From Patescibacteria group bacterium (GTDB taxonomy: Bacteria > Patescibacteriota > Minisyncoccia > Phycocordibacterales > CAIZLB01): DNA of 64,000 bases. The position numbers and the translations under genes are program-made. The notes beneath the pieces were generated by a model. That model had not been told where the DNA came from and searched no databases. It worked only from the letters and a program-made list of their open reading frames with translations. The number at the start of each line of letters is the position of its first letter. Position 1 is the stretch's first letter. The stretch is taken from assembly GCA_040384865.1 (NCBI GenBank), contig JAZKIM010000004.1, positions 75,974 to 139,973 on the forward strand. Direction: 5' to 3'. Below, one piece after another: positions 37,001-44,860 of the stretch.

Positions 37001-37698
37001 TCTTGTCTAACGTTAACTTCGAACAATTACTTCAAAGCGAGAGATCTATATCTAGTGGCGTATATAACCAAGATCAATTTGCAGCGTATACAGTAGAGAA
37101 TTTAATAGGACTTTTTGATGATGAGCAAACTATAATTTCTGGAGAATTGGATAAATTCCAATCTGAGTCTGGAAATTCACGGAAGGTTCTCAATGCTTTT
37201 ATAACTAAGAATAAAGAAAGTGCCAACGCTCGAATGACAGGAGGTGTGTGTGTTGCAGCAGATAATCCTAGCAAGGATAGGAAGGTGGATAATATCTGGG
37301 ATATGGAAAACTATTTCCAAATGGTTTTTCAAGATCCAGAAAGCTTAATGTGTACAGGTCTCGTACTTTTGCATGCCGAAGAGCATAATGGTGAAAATAT
37401 ATTGTGTGCGTCACTCAATCCCTCAAGTACATATCTATACACCGTGGATGAAAGAGCCCTGTTTGAAGGAATTATGAAGTCACTTGAAACATTTGCCAAT
37501 GAAAATAACTTCTCAAAGATTGCTGTTGCGCACAATAAGGCAATTCGAACAAATAGAACGGGAGGGGAATTTGAAAAAGCTTTGGATGCACGAATAGCTG
37601 CGCAGAATGTATCAATCAACTTTGATCCACCAAAAACCTTTTCTTTCAATCCTGCGTATGTAATGACAGGGGTAAATGTTGTTTGGCAGAATAATTAG
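34039..37698 (+). CDS. Very large hypothetical protein (1219 aa), helical, K/E-rich, no recognisable catalytic motif
   Basis: Single uninterrupted ORF with native-like AT-rich composition; a strong terminator follows. Confidence 0.6.
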   Translation: MRYHITYNMPERVKLHKENVEPVEGQPIGKNEDVIVDSVEVESLREAKVLKEKIHKLHIEAEMIKLNIANLTSGYEGKGDSEGGNDQDPEMPQQKAEDLLKKVDGLFDTKGKKPNTDLSPEDFIKQATSILPQLDVAYSYYLFKKEQLDKREQVLVLEIKEAEKHIVNRASFKDKALNFLSDKKAKNKLDQLRKEKNDVGLDSFHTYNHRNAVYAKRRSLIENTSEVLSGQVATSIQKLAVEYFDLFNSSPEITALQKTAIIEYVRSQLQEDDPHDVMDEVTNSASDLIESRRSSREDFVSHKLYKTGDRKDLSGPLYYALMRIESSGADKYVIQRIVGFDFGKKVEEICEPLRWARVSSREIINQCRDIKQLDQKVRDFLFSISGDLSHHDILRIWETARDNKAFQVAFGKSIQEINTVTQTCQINDKFSPDHLPRDLYHKLVLNLPLHQFNAELVKAVNEGRVTAEAVMNMPDEIPDLLDNSEGLLAQMMKAPEIFLASKEAASYSRDLKSKYGKNTGALRVAMSYLKPNNTLESKDAILKLPKKYPGLINTEEKESSKLLSLVFENHEIFFPPSEPIALANRIGGTYGIQAERILNGYIECAKAGVVSGEQTAIVIEFLENFRVISPAILKGYIEAKKLNQEELYIAELKSAAEKMVSSEIISEEQRSKEYYDDLIKHVYPKNSANFGGYEQSKLCSDRSADLEKYKVKKRYEIDLFASGRIDMKEGETLNEEKVGKVKNDILAIQRIFESVEYDPAKMIELVEARINELYVGENAELGREEKLFIILAETLYGNSSLDRDMVKQLVVTYEFALNEDVRDYIKGTSDRVASASNKDYALLCELNEFYNDRIKEVYRRITEKAYVSEHIQQAMPRYFEMLVQQKEQGRSKESIDKLQLDKLGMSPGFISQIKKALKKRNGKEYTDEQVKKIISAYERVAGGLTGKKSESRKSGTQAIYGQLKSQRDKTRNAVKELTGEEINPEELFLSNVNFEQLLQSERSISSGVYNQDQFAAYTVENLIGLFDDEQTIISGELDKFQSESGNSRKVLNAFITKNKESANARMTGGVCVAADNPSKDRKVDNIWDMENYFQMVFQDPESLMCTGLVLLHAEEHNGENILCASLNPSSTYLYTVDERALFEGIMKSLETFANENNFSKIAVAHNKAIRTNRTGGEFEKALDARIAAQNVSINFDPPKTFSFNPAYVMTGVNVVWQNN

Positions 37699-37872
37699 AA
37701 CGTAGCTTCACTGGGAGCTTCCTTAAAGAGAAGTAGGTTGGCCTAATTAGTTTAGTCGTGCAGTGAAATACAGTAGACCGGCCACGAATTGGAACTACAC
37801 TCGATAGCTACCTGCAAAGGAGTCCCGTCGAGAGATTATCGGTTGCTTAAGCGGCAACCCATCAGAAATCGA

Positions 37873-37912
37873 GCCTCGGCGACCATGTGTCGTCGGGGCT
37901 CTTTCTTATATT
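37873..37912 (+). terminator. Rho-independent terminator after the 1219-aa ORF
   Basis: GCCTCGGCGAC-catgt-GTCGTCGGGGC (11-bp stem with 2 G-U pairs) followed by TCTTTCTTATATT. Confidence 0.7.
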
Positions 37913-38166
37913 AGTATTTTGAAATAACAACTTTCCATTCTTTTTGTAGGGGTTTGTATTTTTCTTTGTTGTTTTTTGGTTTTGGAATAACCCCATCTGA
38001 GTTTAAGAATACGTTTTTGTGGACATAGTGAGCGAAACTTGGAACCAACTACACCCTTGGATATTTGAAGCGTCTGAGGCGATTGTAGGGAATGGCAGGT
38101 AAAAGAAAAGCCCCACCGTTGAAGGTCTCGATGGAGAGCTCTTCAGGGTGAGGGTTGTTGTGGTAA

Positions 38167-38664
38167 TTACGGCTCGTAGGTTTCGGAGGCGAGCATGATG
38201 AAGTGCTCATCCGTCGCCGATGATGAGGGTACCTCGGTGAGAGTATACTTCGCCATCGAATCCCAGCCTGTCCTTTCGAGGACGAGCATCGTCGCGCTAT
38301 TGGTAGGGTCAATTCCGCAAATCAGACGGGCAGGAAAGTCGTTCGGAAACGCCCGCGCATTGAATGCGATGAACGAAGCGACTTCGCAAGCGTCTGGCAG
38401 GAACCAGTCAGGGTTGCAGATGCTGCTATCAAGTTCGACCTTCAAATTTGGGAAGCTGGGCTTTCCATACAACTCAACAAAAATGGCATGGATGATGCCG
38501 GAGGTTCTGTCGCTGACGGGATACTTGCCGATGACCTCGGTGTTTCCACTGATGCCACCCTGGATTCTTTGAATGACCCCAGCTGGCGATACACCGCGAT
38601 GCGGGTTGCAACCAAAGACGGTGTAGTCTTCGGGACGGAAATCGACAATTTTCATAGTGTTCAA
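38167..38664 (-). CDS. Hypothetical protein, possibly GNAT-type N-acetyltransferase (GC-rich)
   Basis: 165 aa; C-terminal GIDPTNSATMLVLERTGW resembles the RimL/RimJ-type GNAT motif (…N.aS..vLEK.GF). Confidence 0.35.
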   Translation of the reverse strand: MNTMKIVDFRPEDYTVFGCNPHRGVSPAGVIQRIQGGISGNTEVIGKYPVSDRTSGIIHAIFVELYGKPSFPNLKVELDSSICNPDWFLPDACEVASFIAFNARAFPNDFPARLICGIDPTNSATMLVLERTGWDSMAKYTLTEVPSSSATDEHFIMLASETYEP

Positions 38665-38792
38665 GGTGCATATTCCTTAAGCGAGGAATGGTTTGTGTTT
38701 TTTGGTTTTGGTGAGTGCCTTGCTAAAGGGCTACATAACTGGATTTGCTAATAACCCTACAGGTATGAAAATGGTTGTCAATTTTTTTAATT

Positions 38793-39209
38793 GTGGAGAT
38801 GCCGGGAATCGAACCCGGGTGCAAGTGAGTCTCTTAGATGAATCTACGCGGCGTAGAGGGTCTTTAGACCTGCCCGGAGGCAAGGTCATTTAAAGTTCGT
38901 TACTTTAAGACAATCAAAACATAACGAACCCGAGCTACTATGGTTTCGGTAGACGACCGTAGCAGATCGTTAACCTATTTTGGATATATACCACCGGCGC
39001 ACGTTCTCCAAAAATAAACGTGCGTGATGTCGCTAGGCAGGGAGCTTACGCTCGGGCTGTCGCGAAGGCAAAATCGTTCACCGCAAAATACGGTGAAGCG
39101 ACTTTAGCTTGTCGTGCGTTAGCACTTAAGGGTTCCGGCAGATTTACGAGTTACCGGAGCTCGGTCGCGCACATAAAAGAAATTTCACATGTCGAAGCCA
39201 ATCATCCCC
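38793..39209 (-). ncRNA. ssrA: tmRNA (SsrA), ~417 nt
   Basis: Minus-strand 5' end GGGGAUGAUUGGCUUCGACAUG matches the tmRNA 5' consensus (GGGG.UGA...UUCGAC). The 3' end has a T-arm CCGGG-UUCGAUU-CCCGG and an acceptor 3' strand CAUCUCC that pairs with the 5' GGGGAUG, including a G3·U70 wobble and an A73 discriminator (Ala identity). smpB lies immediately upstream. A candidate tag ORF reads ...GCG GUG AAC GAU UUU GCC UUC GCG ACA GCC CGA GCG UAA (AVNDFAFATARA*). Confidence 0.75.
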
Positions 39210-39217
39210 ATGTTGTG

Positions 39218-39664
39218 TTATTGATTTTTCAAAGTCCTCCTGATCTCGCGGTCAGAATCTCGCTTCTTGATCGTCTGACGCTTGTCGAAACGTTTCTTTC
39301 CGCGGGCAATACCTATTTCTATTTTAACCTTGCCCTTATTGTTGTACATGGAAATTGGCACTACTGTCAACCCCTTACCGGTTTCAATGTCTGCCAATTC
39401 CTTAATTTCTGATTTTTTGAGAAGTAATCGTCGGTTTCGTCCAGGTTCATAGCCCTTTGGTGTGTTATTCATCTGGAACGGAGGGATGGTGGCACCGGTG
39501 AGATATGCCTCGCCACCGCGGATTAATACATATGCACCTTCAAGTGAACCTTGGTGTGCTTTGACTGATTTGACCTCAAAACCAAAAAGCTCGATTCCAG
39601 CCTCATAGGCTTTTTTGATATCGTAGTTGAAGTGAGCTTTTTTGTTTTGTACGAATGTTGTCAT
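39218..39664 (-). CDS. smpB: SsrA-binding protein SmpB
   Basis: MTTFVQNKKAHFNYDIKKAYEAGIELFGFEVKS...GKGLTVVPISMYNNKGKVKIEIGIARGKKRFDKRQ, canonical SmpB; start set at the internal Met (ORF-track start 39748 is an upstream extension). Confidence 0.9.
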   Translation of the reverse strand: MTTFVQNKKAHFNYDIKKAYEAGIELFGFEVKSVKAHQGSLEGAYVLIRGGEAYLTGATIPPFQMNNTPKGYEPGRNRRLLLKKSEIKELADIETGKGLTVVPISMYNNKGKVKIEIGIARGKKRFDKRQTIKKRDSDREIRRTLKNQ

Positions 39665-39689
39665 GACGGGTGAAATGTAAAAGTATACA

Positions 39690-39741
39690 AAGTATAACAA
39701 ATGTAAAGCGCGCCGCTCGGAAGAATCCTTTGGCGGCGCGC
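39690..39741 (-). terminator. Rho-independent terminator (minus strand) between the 135-aa ORF and smpB
   Basis: GCGCGCCGC-loop-GCGGCGCGC 9-bp GC stem (39708-39741) followed on the minus strand by UUUACAUUUGUU. Confidence 0.6.
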
Positions 39742-39744
39742 GTT

Positions 39745-40152
39745 TCATTCACCGATGAACCGGAAGGATCTGGGTGAGAAGGCGAAGAGTCTTCGGGGAT
39801 CTCTCCGTAACCCTCCATTAAGCAGTAAGAATTCTGCTGCAATTAGCCTGTCTTCGAGGGCAAGGGTGACGATTACTTCTGCCATGAGCGCAAAGCGCGT
39901 ACCTTTTGGAAATTTGCTGACGTACGGTCGGTAGTGGCCATCACGTCGCATAAAGTCTTCAGGTTCAAAGTATGTTGCGAACCTTACTCCGAGGAAGTCT
40001 CCTGCCACGTGCCAGGGTAGGGGCGCTGAAAAACATTGTTTAGTTTGAGGAATCGCTATGATTTCAATCACCTTCCTTTCACCAAGGATATTGGTTCCTT
40101 CCATCCGAACCAAACCTTTTGTATTGAAAGCTTGGGGAACTATGTATGGCAT
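39745..40152 (-). CDS. Hypothetical protein
   Basis: 135 aa ORF; no recognisable motif; true start uncertain. Confidence 0.35.
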   Translation of the reverse strand: MPYIVPQAFNTKGLVRMEGTNILGERKVIEIIAIPQTKQCFSAPLPWHVAGDFLGVRFATYFEPEDFMRRDGHYRPYVSKFPKGTRFALMAEVIVTLALEDRLIAAEFLLLNGGLRRDPRRLFAFSPRSFRFIGE

Positions 40153-40324
40153 GAAAAAGTTCGGCGTATTAGGCCTTTGGGAAAATTGCTTGAGCCGGTT
40201 CGTCGTTATGAAGAACTGAAGCCTCTGAGTATATAACCATATTAGATAATATTCATCAATGAGTAGTTTAAGGATGTCTTAATGGTAGCCAAGTAATGTG
40301 CATATATTGTATACTCGAACACAT

Positions 40325-42295
40325 ATGAAAACGCCACCACCTGAACAAAAACAACTTAAGAACTTGAAGAAAATGCCGGAACAAGAAGGGAATGGTCGAC
40401 CAATGTCGCGAAAAGGTCCGAAAAATCCTAAGGAACCAAAAAATATATTTTTCAATAACGTGGTTGGAACCATTGTTATCTTTGCCGCGATCATACTTTT
40501 ATATACTTATTCAGTAGTCGGCAGCACAAAAGCGGCAACTATCAGTGTTTCCGAACTGGCTTCAGATATTATTGCGGCAAAGGTTACATCTGTTGTTGTG
40601 TCCGGAGAAGATCTTGCTATTACTTATATCGACAAAACAGAAAAAGTTTCAAAGAAAGAAGCGCAGAGTTCTCTTTCAGAAACTTTAACTAACCTTGGCG
40701 TTCCAAAGGAGCAGTTGGCAACAGTGAAGATTGAAAACAAAACAGACGAAGGATTTGGATATTGGCTTGGAAATCTTTTACCGTTCATTTTCCCAATTCT
40801 TTTGTTCGGTGGAATGCTCTGGTTCCTTACGAGGCAGGCGAGAGGCTCTGGTATGCAAGCATTTAGCTTCGGACAGTCACGGGCACGTTTGACCAAACCT
40901 GAAGATGAGAAGGTTCGTATTACTTTCAAGGACGTAGCAGGCGCTAAGGAGGCAAAACAGGAATTGTCCGAGATAGTGGATTTCCTTAAAAATCCAAAGA
41001 AGTTTTTAGATATAGGTGCTCGCATTCCAAAAGGGATTCTTCTCATGGGTCAACCAGGTACTGGTAAGACATTGCTTGCTCGTGCTGTTGCTGGTGAGGC
41101 GAATGTTTCATTCTTCTCAATCTCTGGTTCTGAATTCGTCGAAATGTTTGTTGGTGTGGGCGCGTCTCGTGTGAGAGATCTCTTTGCTGTAGCAAAGGCA
41201 GCTGCTCCGGCAATCATGTTTATTGATGAAATCGATGCTGTCGGACGAGTACGAGGCGGGGGAACAGGCGGTGGTAATGATGAACGTGAGCAAACACTCA
41301 ACCAAATTTTGGTTGAAATGGACGGCTTCGAACCAAATGAAAAAGTAATTGTCATGGCAGCGACAAATCGTCCTGATGTACTCGACCCGGCGCTTCTACG
41401 GCCTGGCCGATTTGATCGACGGGTCACCATCGATCTCCCTGATCGAAGTGATCGTCTAGCTATTCTTGAAGTTCACGCAAAGGGCAAGCCTTTTGCTGAA
41501 GACGTGTACCTTCCACTCATTGCTGAGCGAACTCCTGGTTTTTCAGGTGCTGACCTGTATTCATTGGCCAACGAAGCTGCAATTTTAGCTGCTCGAGAAA
41601 ATCGCACCAAGATTTCTCAGTTTGATTTGATTCGATCGATTGAAAAAGTAATGCTTGGTCCTGAGCGACAAAGCCATATCCTTTCAATTCGAGAAAAAGA
41701 AGTAACTGCGTATCATGAAGCTGGTCATGCCCTTATTGCTTCACTTCTTCCGTTTGCGGATCCTGTACATAAAGTGTCTATCATCTCACGAGGGCGTGCT
41801 GCTGGATATACACTCAAACTTCCTCTTGAAGAAAGAAAACTACAATCTAAAAATGAGTTTCTTGATGATATCGCGGTCTCACTCGGTGGTTATGTTGTTG
41901 AAAAAAATATATTTAACGATCTTACTACAGGTTCATCAAATGATCTTCAGGTTTCAAGCGCTTTGGCTCGTGATATGGTCACTAAGTATGGAATGTCAGA
42001 CAAGATTGGCCCTATTGCCCTTGAATCAAGTGGAGGAAGAACCCTGATGGGAAGTATGGGTGTTGGTGACAGGGAATATTCAGAGTCAGTTAGTGCTTTG
42101 ATAGATGCTGAGGTATCAAAAATCATGAATGAAGCGTATGAACGGGCACTTAAGATCATTACGGACCATCGAGGGGCGCTTGACGGTATCTCAAAGGCTT
42201 TGATAGATGCTGAGACGTTGGAGCGAGATGAATTTGAGAAGTTATTGGTAGCGAACGGGATTGTCCCTAAAAAGAAAAGAGAAAAGGAAATTTAA
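40325..42295 (+). CDS. ftsH: ATP-dependent zinc metalloprotease FtsH
   Basis: N-terminal TM segments, AAA module GPPGTGKT-equivalent ([17 protein letters not shown]), second region of homology, HEAGHAL zinc motif. Confidence 0.95.
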   Translation: MKTPPPEQKQLKNLKKMPEQEGNGRPMSRKGPKNPKEPKNIFFNNVVGTIVIFAAIILLYTYSVVGSTKAATISVSELASDIIAAKVTSVVVSGEDLAITYIDKTEKVSKKEAQSSLSETLTNLGVPKEQLATVKIENKTDEGFGYWLGNLLPFIFPILLFGGMLWFLTRQARGSGMQAFSFGQSRARLTKPEDEKVRITFKDVAGAKEAKQELSEIVDFLKNPKKFLDIGARIPKGILLMGQPGTGKTLLARAVAGEANVSFFSISGSEFVEMFVGVGASRVRDLFAVAKAAAPAIMFIDEIDAVGRVRGGGTGGGNDEREQTLNQILVEMDGFEPNEKVIVMAATNRPDVLDPALLRPGRFDRRVTIDLPDRSDRLAILEVHAKGKPFAEDVYLPLIAERTPGFSGADLYSLANEAAILAARENRTKISQFDLIRSIEKVMLGPERQSHILSIREKEVTAYHEAGHALIASLLPFADPVHKVSIISRGRAAGYTLKLPLEERKLQSKNEFLDDIAVSLGGYVVEKNIFNDLTTGSSNDLQVSSALARDMVTKYGMSDKIGPIALESSGGRTLMGSMGVGDREYSESVSALIDAEVSKIMNEAYERALKIITDHRGALDGISKALIDAETLERDEFEKLLVANGIVPKKKREKEI

Positions 42296-42303
42296 ATTAC
42301 TAA

Positions 42304-42331
42304 AATACCGCCTCTTGTGGCGGTATTTTAG
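42304..42331 (+). terminator. Rho-independent terminator after ftsH
   Basis: ACCGCC-tcttgt-GGCGGT followed by ATTTTA. Confidence 0.65.
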
Positions 42332-42479
42332 TCTGTGTTTTCTTGATCAAGATTCCATCATTAAGAACTCAACCCTAGTAGGTTTGACTTACAAAAATGG
42401 TTTTGGACATGGGATATGTCGGAAAGGAGTAAGAAGACAAGATCTTTTAGATTATGCACTACAAAGCCTCACCTTCTTG

Positions 42480-42600
42480 AGAAATGATTTATAGTGCCCT
42501 TGCGCGGTCTCGGAAAATGCAAGGTGAAACCCTAAAAGGATATTTAGAGGAAAATTTCTAAACTACTCTGACCCCTCTCGGCCTGACTTTATTTCAAAGT
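42480..42600. repeat. Repeated element, copy A (composite of modules seen in B and C)
   Basis: gtgcccttgcgcggtctcggaaaatgcaaggtgaaacc is ~80% identical to the B module; it also carries the 'ggatatttagaggaaaatttc' and 'cccctctcggcctgac' modules. Confidence 0.6.
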
Positions 42601-43590
42601 AAAGTATCCGGATTGCGTATAAATAGCAGGACCTTGCTTAATAGGAGAGCTATCGACTTCTATTTTGTATTTGCCGGCCGCTAGAGTTGTCGGGATTGAC
42701 CAGCTATAACTTCCTGTATTGCTTATATTAGTAGCAATCTTCTGAACTGATATGCCGCTCTCATTCAACAAATGAATATCTATTGGAAAATCAGTCTTAT
42801 TGACAGTATTCCATTGAATATTGATAGTCGTACCTCTTTTAAAATCGTCTGTGTTGTCTTCGGTATCAGGATAGATAAGGACAAGTTTAGGAGATGATAC
42901 GTCTGATGAGACTGTGGTCGAAGTGGTTACAATAGGAATTGATTTGAAAGTGGAAATAATTACTTTTATATCACTTAGGGCTTTAACATATTCGGCGTTA
43001 GAAGTTAATGAGTTCATACCAAAATAGATACTTGTATTCTGTGCTACATCAAAACTGAAGAAGTAGTCTGTCGTATTTGTCTTGGACGTAAAGCCTGTCG
43101 AGGTGTATTTCTTATCTCCCACTTGAACTTCTTCCTGTATTCTTATAGCTCCGATCCCCACGCCAGTAGATCCACAAGGATCATTGGCTCCGGAATTGAT
43201 GAGGATAAAACCAAGACCTTTTTTAATGGAGACACAAGATGAAGCATCAGTACCACTATCAACAGAAGTAACGACTGCATCTGATGGATACTGTATTGAG
43301 TAACCGTGTTTTGAATTGGTATAGGTTTTAAGAGTAGCTGAAACTGAAACAGAAGTATTTACCGTGTTTTGTTGAGTAACCGCAGATGGATTCTGAGTGG
43401 CGGTTTGTTGGGTTTCAACTGTTGCTTGTGTATTCGTATCTACTACTGGAACTGGCACTTCTACTTTTTTGTTTTCCTGATATACATATACTCCTCCACC
43501 AACTGCAAGTATTGCTATAATCGATAAGATCAAAGGAATAATAAAGCCGCTCTGTTTGTTTTTCATATGGCTTAATATTAGCTTAATCAA
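42589..43590 (-). CDS. Membrane-anchored secreted protein, paralog A (beta-rich, Thr/Ser-rich)
   Basis: 333 aa; N-terminal anchor MKNKQSGFIIPLILSIIAILAVGGGVYVYQENK nearly identical (also at DNA level, ~90% over ~100 bp) to that of 44859-45848. Confidence 0.6.
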   Translation of the reverse strand: MIKLILSHMKNKQSGFIIPLILSIIAILAVGGGVYVYQENKKVEVPVPVVDTNTQATVETQQTATQNPSAVTQQNTVNTSVSVSATLKTYTNSKHGYSIQYPSDAVVTSVDSGTDASSCVSIKKGLGFILINSGANDPCGSTGVGIGAIRIQEEVQVGDKKYTSTGFTSKTNTTDYFFSFDVAQNTSIYFGMNSLTSNAEYVKALSDIKVIISTFKSIPIVTTSTTVSSDVSSPKLVLIYPDTEDNTDDFKRGTTINIQWNTVNKTDFPIDIHLLNESGISVQKIATNISNTGSYSWSIPTTLAAGKYKIEVDSSPIKQGPAIYTQSGYFTLK

Positions 43591-43599
43591 AGGGACTTG

Positions 43600-43750
43600 G
43601 GTAGCAACTTACCAGCTTTAATCCACCTCGGTCTATCTCACTAAAGGGTGCCCTTGCTCGGTCTCGGATTATGTAAAGTGAGACCACACAAGGGTTGTTT
43701 GGAAGATCTTAGGATGTCGAATTGAGGCACCTCAGTCGGGATCAAATTTA
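43600..43750. repeat. Repeated upstream element, copy B (modules ctcggtctatctcactaaagggtgccc + ttgctcggtctcggattatgtaaagtgagacc)
   Basis: The 27-nt module at 43637-43663 recurs at 44741-44767 with 1 mismatch; the second module resembles 42494-42532. Further related copies lie at 42480-42600 and 45880-45915. Confidence 0.7.
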
Positions 43751-44695
43751 AACCGCGAAAGAATTGTGCTCTTTTTCAGGGTAATCGTAATAAGGAGCTG
43801 CATTTTTACTCATTTGTAAATTGGGCACATGACCTCTCTTCTTAAGAAAGACAAGTAGGTCTAGTTGCATTGCCAAATCTGGAGAGATACCACTTACATA
43901 TCCATGAACTATTTGTGGATTATTGAATGCCAGTCGCTTGTTAAATTTAAGCTTTCTCTGACCATCAAAGGTATTATGGATTCCTTCTATGCTATTACCA
44001 AACCTTACTTGAGATACTATACCCGGATAGACTTTAAATTCTATATCGATACAATTAGTTTTAGATCTGATTTCTGAAGGCAGTCCATCATCAGTTCTGC
44101 CATATGGTACATAAGGTAAATTTAAATGAGAAAATATTATATCTTTTAATTCTTCGGTAAGATTAGGTATATGATTTTCCTGAAAATCGTCGTTGTGCAA
44201 TACAACGGCTCTTGATCTAAAGTACTCCTCTAAATCTGTTGATAATTTTTCATTATCATCTGTAAGAATATTTAGAGCAACACCATCTTCTGTAAGAAGG
44301 TAATCTGGGCAAACTTTTTCAACAATTTCTTTTTGTCCCTCTTTAAGTCTTTCAACTAACCAAGGATTATCGAGTAATCTACCTCCAGTAAATCGAGTGG
44401 CCCTAATACTATCTGCAATGGTGGAACGTCTATCACCATCTCTTTGTTTGCGTATCTCATCTAACAAAGCTTTTCCATCGTACAAGACAGCAAACCTTTC
44501 AGCGTTTCCATCTAGACCAGGATAGACTTCTGGCAGCATGAATCCTTTAAATTCGACAACCTGCTTTTCGCGCTCAGCGTCTTTATATTCTTTTGAATTC
44601 TGAACTTCTGAAAATTTAGTCTTTCGTTCAACATGGTCAGGAATATTCTTCAATTCTTTCGCTTTTTCATCTCGCCATTGCTGCCAATTTTCCAT
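43748..44695 (-). CDS. Hypothetical cytoplasmic protein (315 aa)
   Basis: Uninterrupted ORF between the two paralogs on the same strand; no signal peptide, no motif recognised. Confidence 0.5.
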   Translation of the reverse strand: MENWQQWRDEKAKELKNIPDHVERKTKFSEVQNSKEYKDAEREKQVVEFKGFMLPEVYPGLDGNAERFAVLYDGKALLDEIRKQRDGDRRSTIADSIRATRFTGGRLLDNPWLVERLKEGQKEIVEKVCPDYLLTEDGVALNILTDDNEKLSTDLEEYFRSRAVVLHNDDFQENHIPNLTEELKDIIFSHLNLPYVPYGRTDDGLPSEIRSKTNCIDIEFKVYPGIVSQVRFGNSIEGIHNTFDGQRKLKFNKRLAFNNPQIVHGYVSGISPDLAMQLDLLVFLKKRGHVPNLQMSKNAAPYYDYPEKEHNSFAV

Positions 44696-44699
44696 GTCA

Positions 44700-44860
44700 G
44701 TATCTTAACTTAAAACCAACATTTTGTGTAATCTAAGCCTCTCGGTCTGTCTCACTAAAGGGTGCCCCCGCTAGGAATCGAACTTTTTATAATGAAGCGT
44801 TGTAAGGGTTATTTAGAGAATTTCAGTTTGGTAAATCTAGCCCGCTCGGTCTAATCAATT
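44700..44860. repeat. Repeated upstream element, copy C
   Basis: Contains ctcggtctgtctcactaaagggtgccc (44741-44767), a 'gggttatttagagaatttc' module also present at 42537-42557, and 'cccgctcggtctaatc' resembling 42572-42587. Confidence 0.7.

Noticed and set aside
39020-39412. 130-aa plus-strand ORF
   Set aside because: It lies entirely antisense within the tmRNA (38793-39209) and the smpB 3' end; composition and context indicate it is not a gene.
39665-39748. Longer SmpB start at 39748 (28 extra N-terminal residues)
   Set aside because: The extra residues are not SmpB-like, and a terminator hairpin for the upstream gene lies inside this segment; the internal Met gives a canonical SmpB N-terminus.
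44770-44795. 'ggaatcgaac' string resembling a tRNA T-loop / possible duplicated tmRNA 3' end (att-site repeat)
   Set aside because: The flanks do not form a T-stem or acceptor stem, and the match to the tmRNA 3' end is only ~11 nt; not a tRNA fragment or convincing att repeat.
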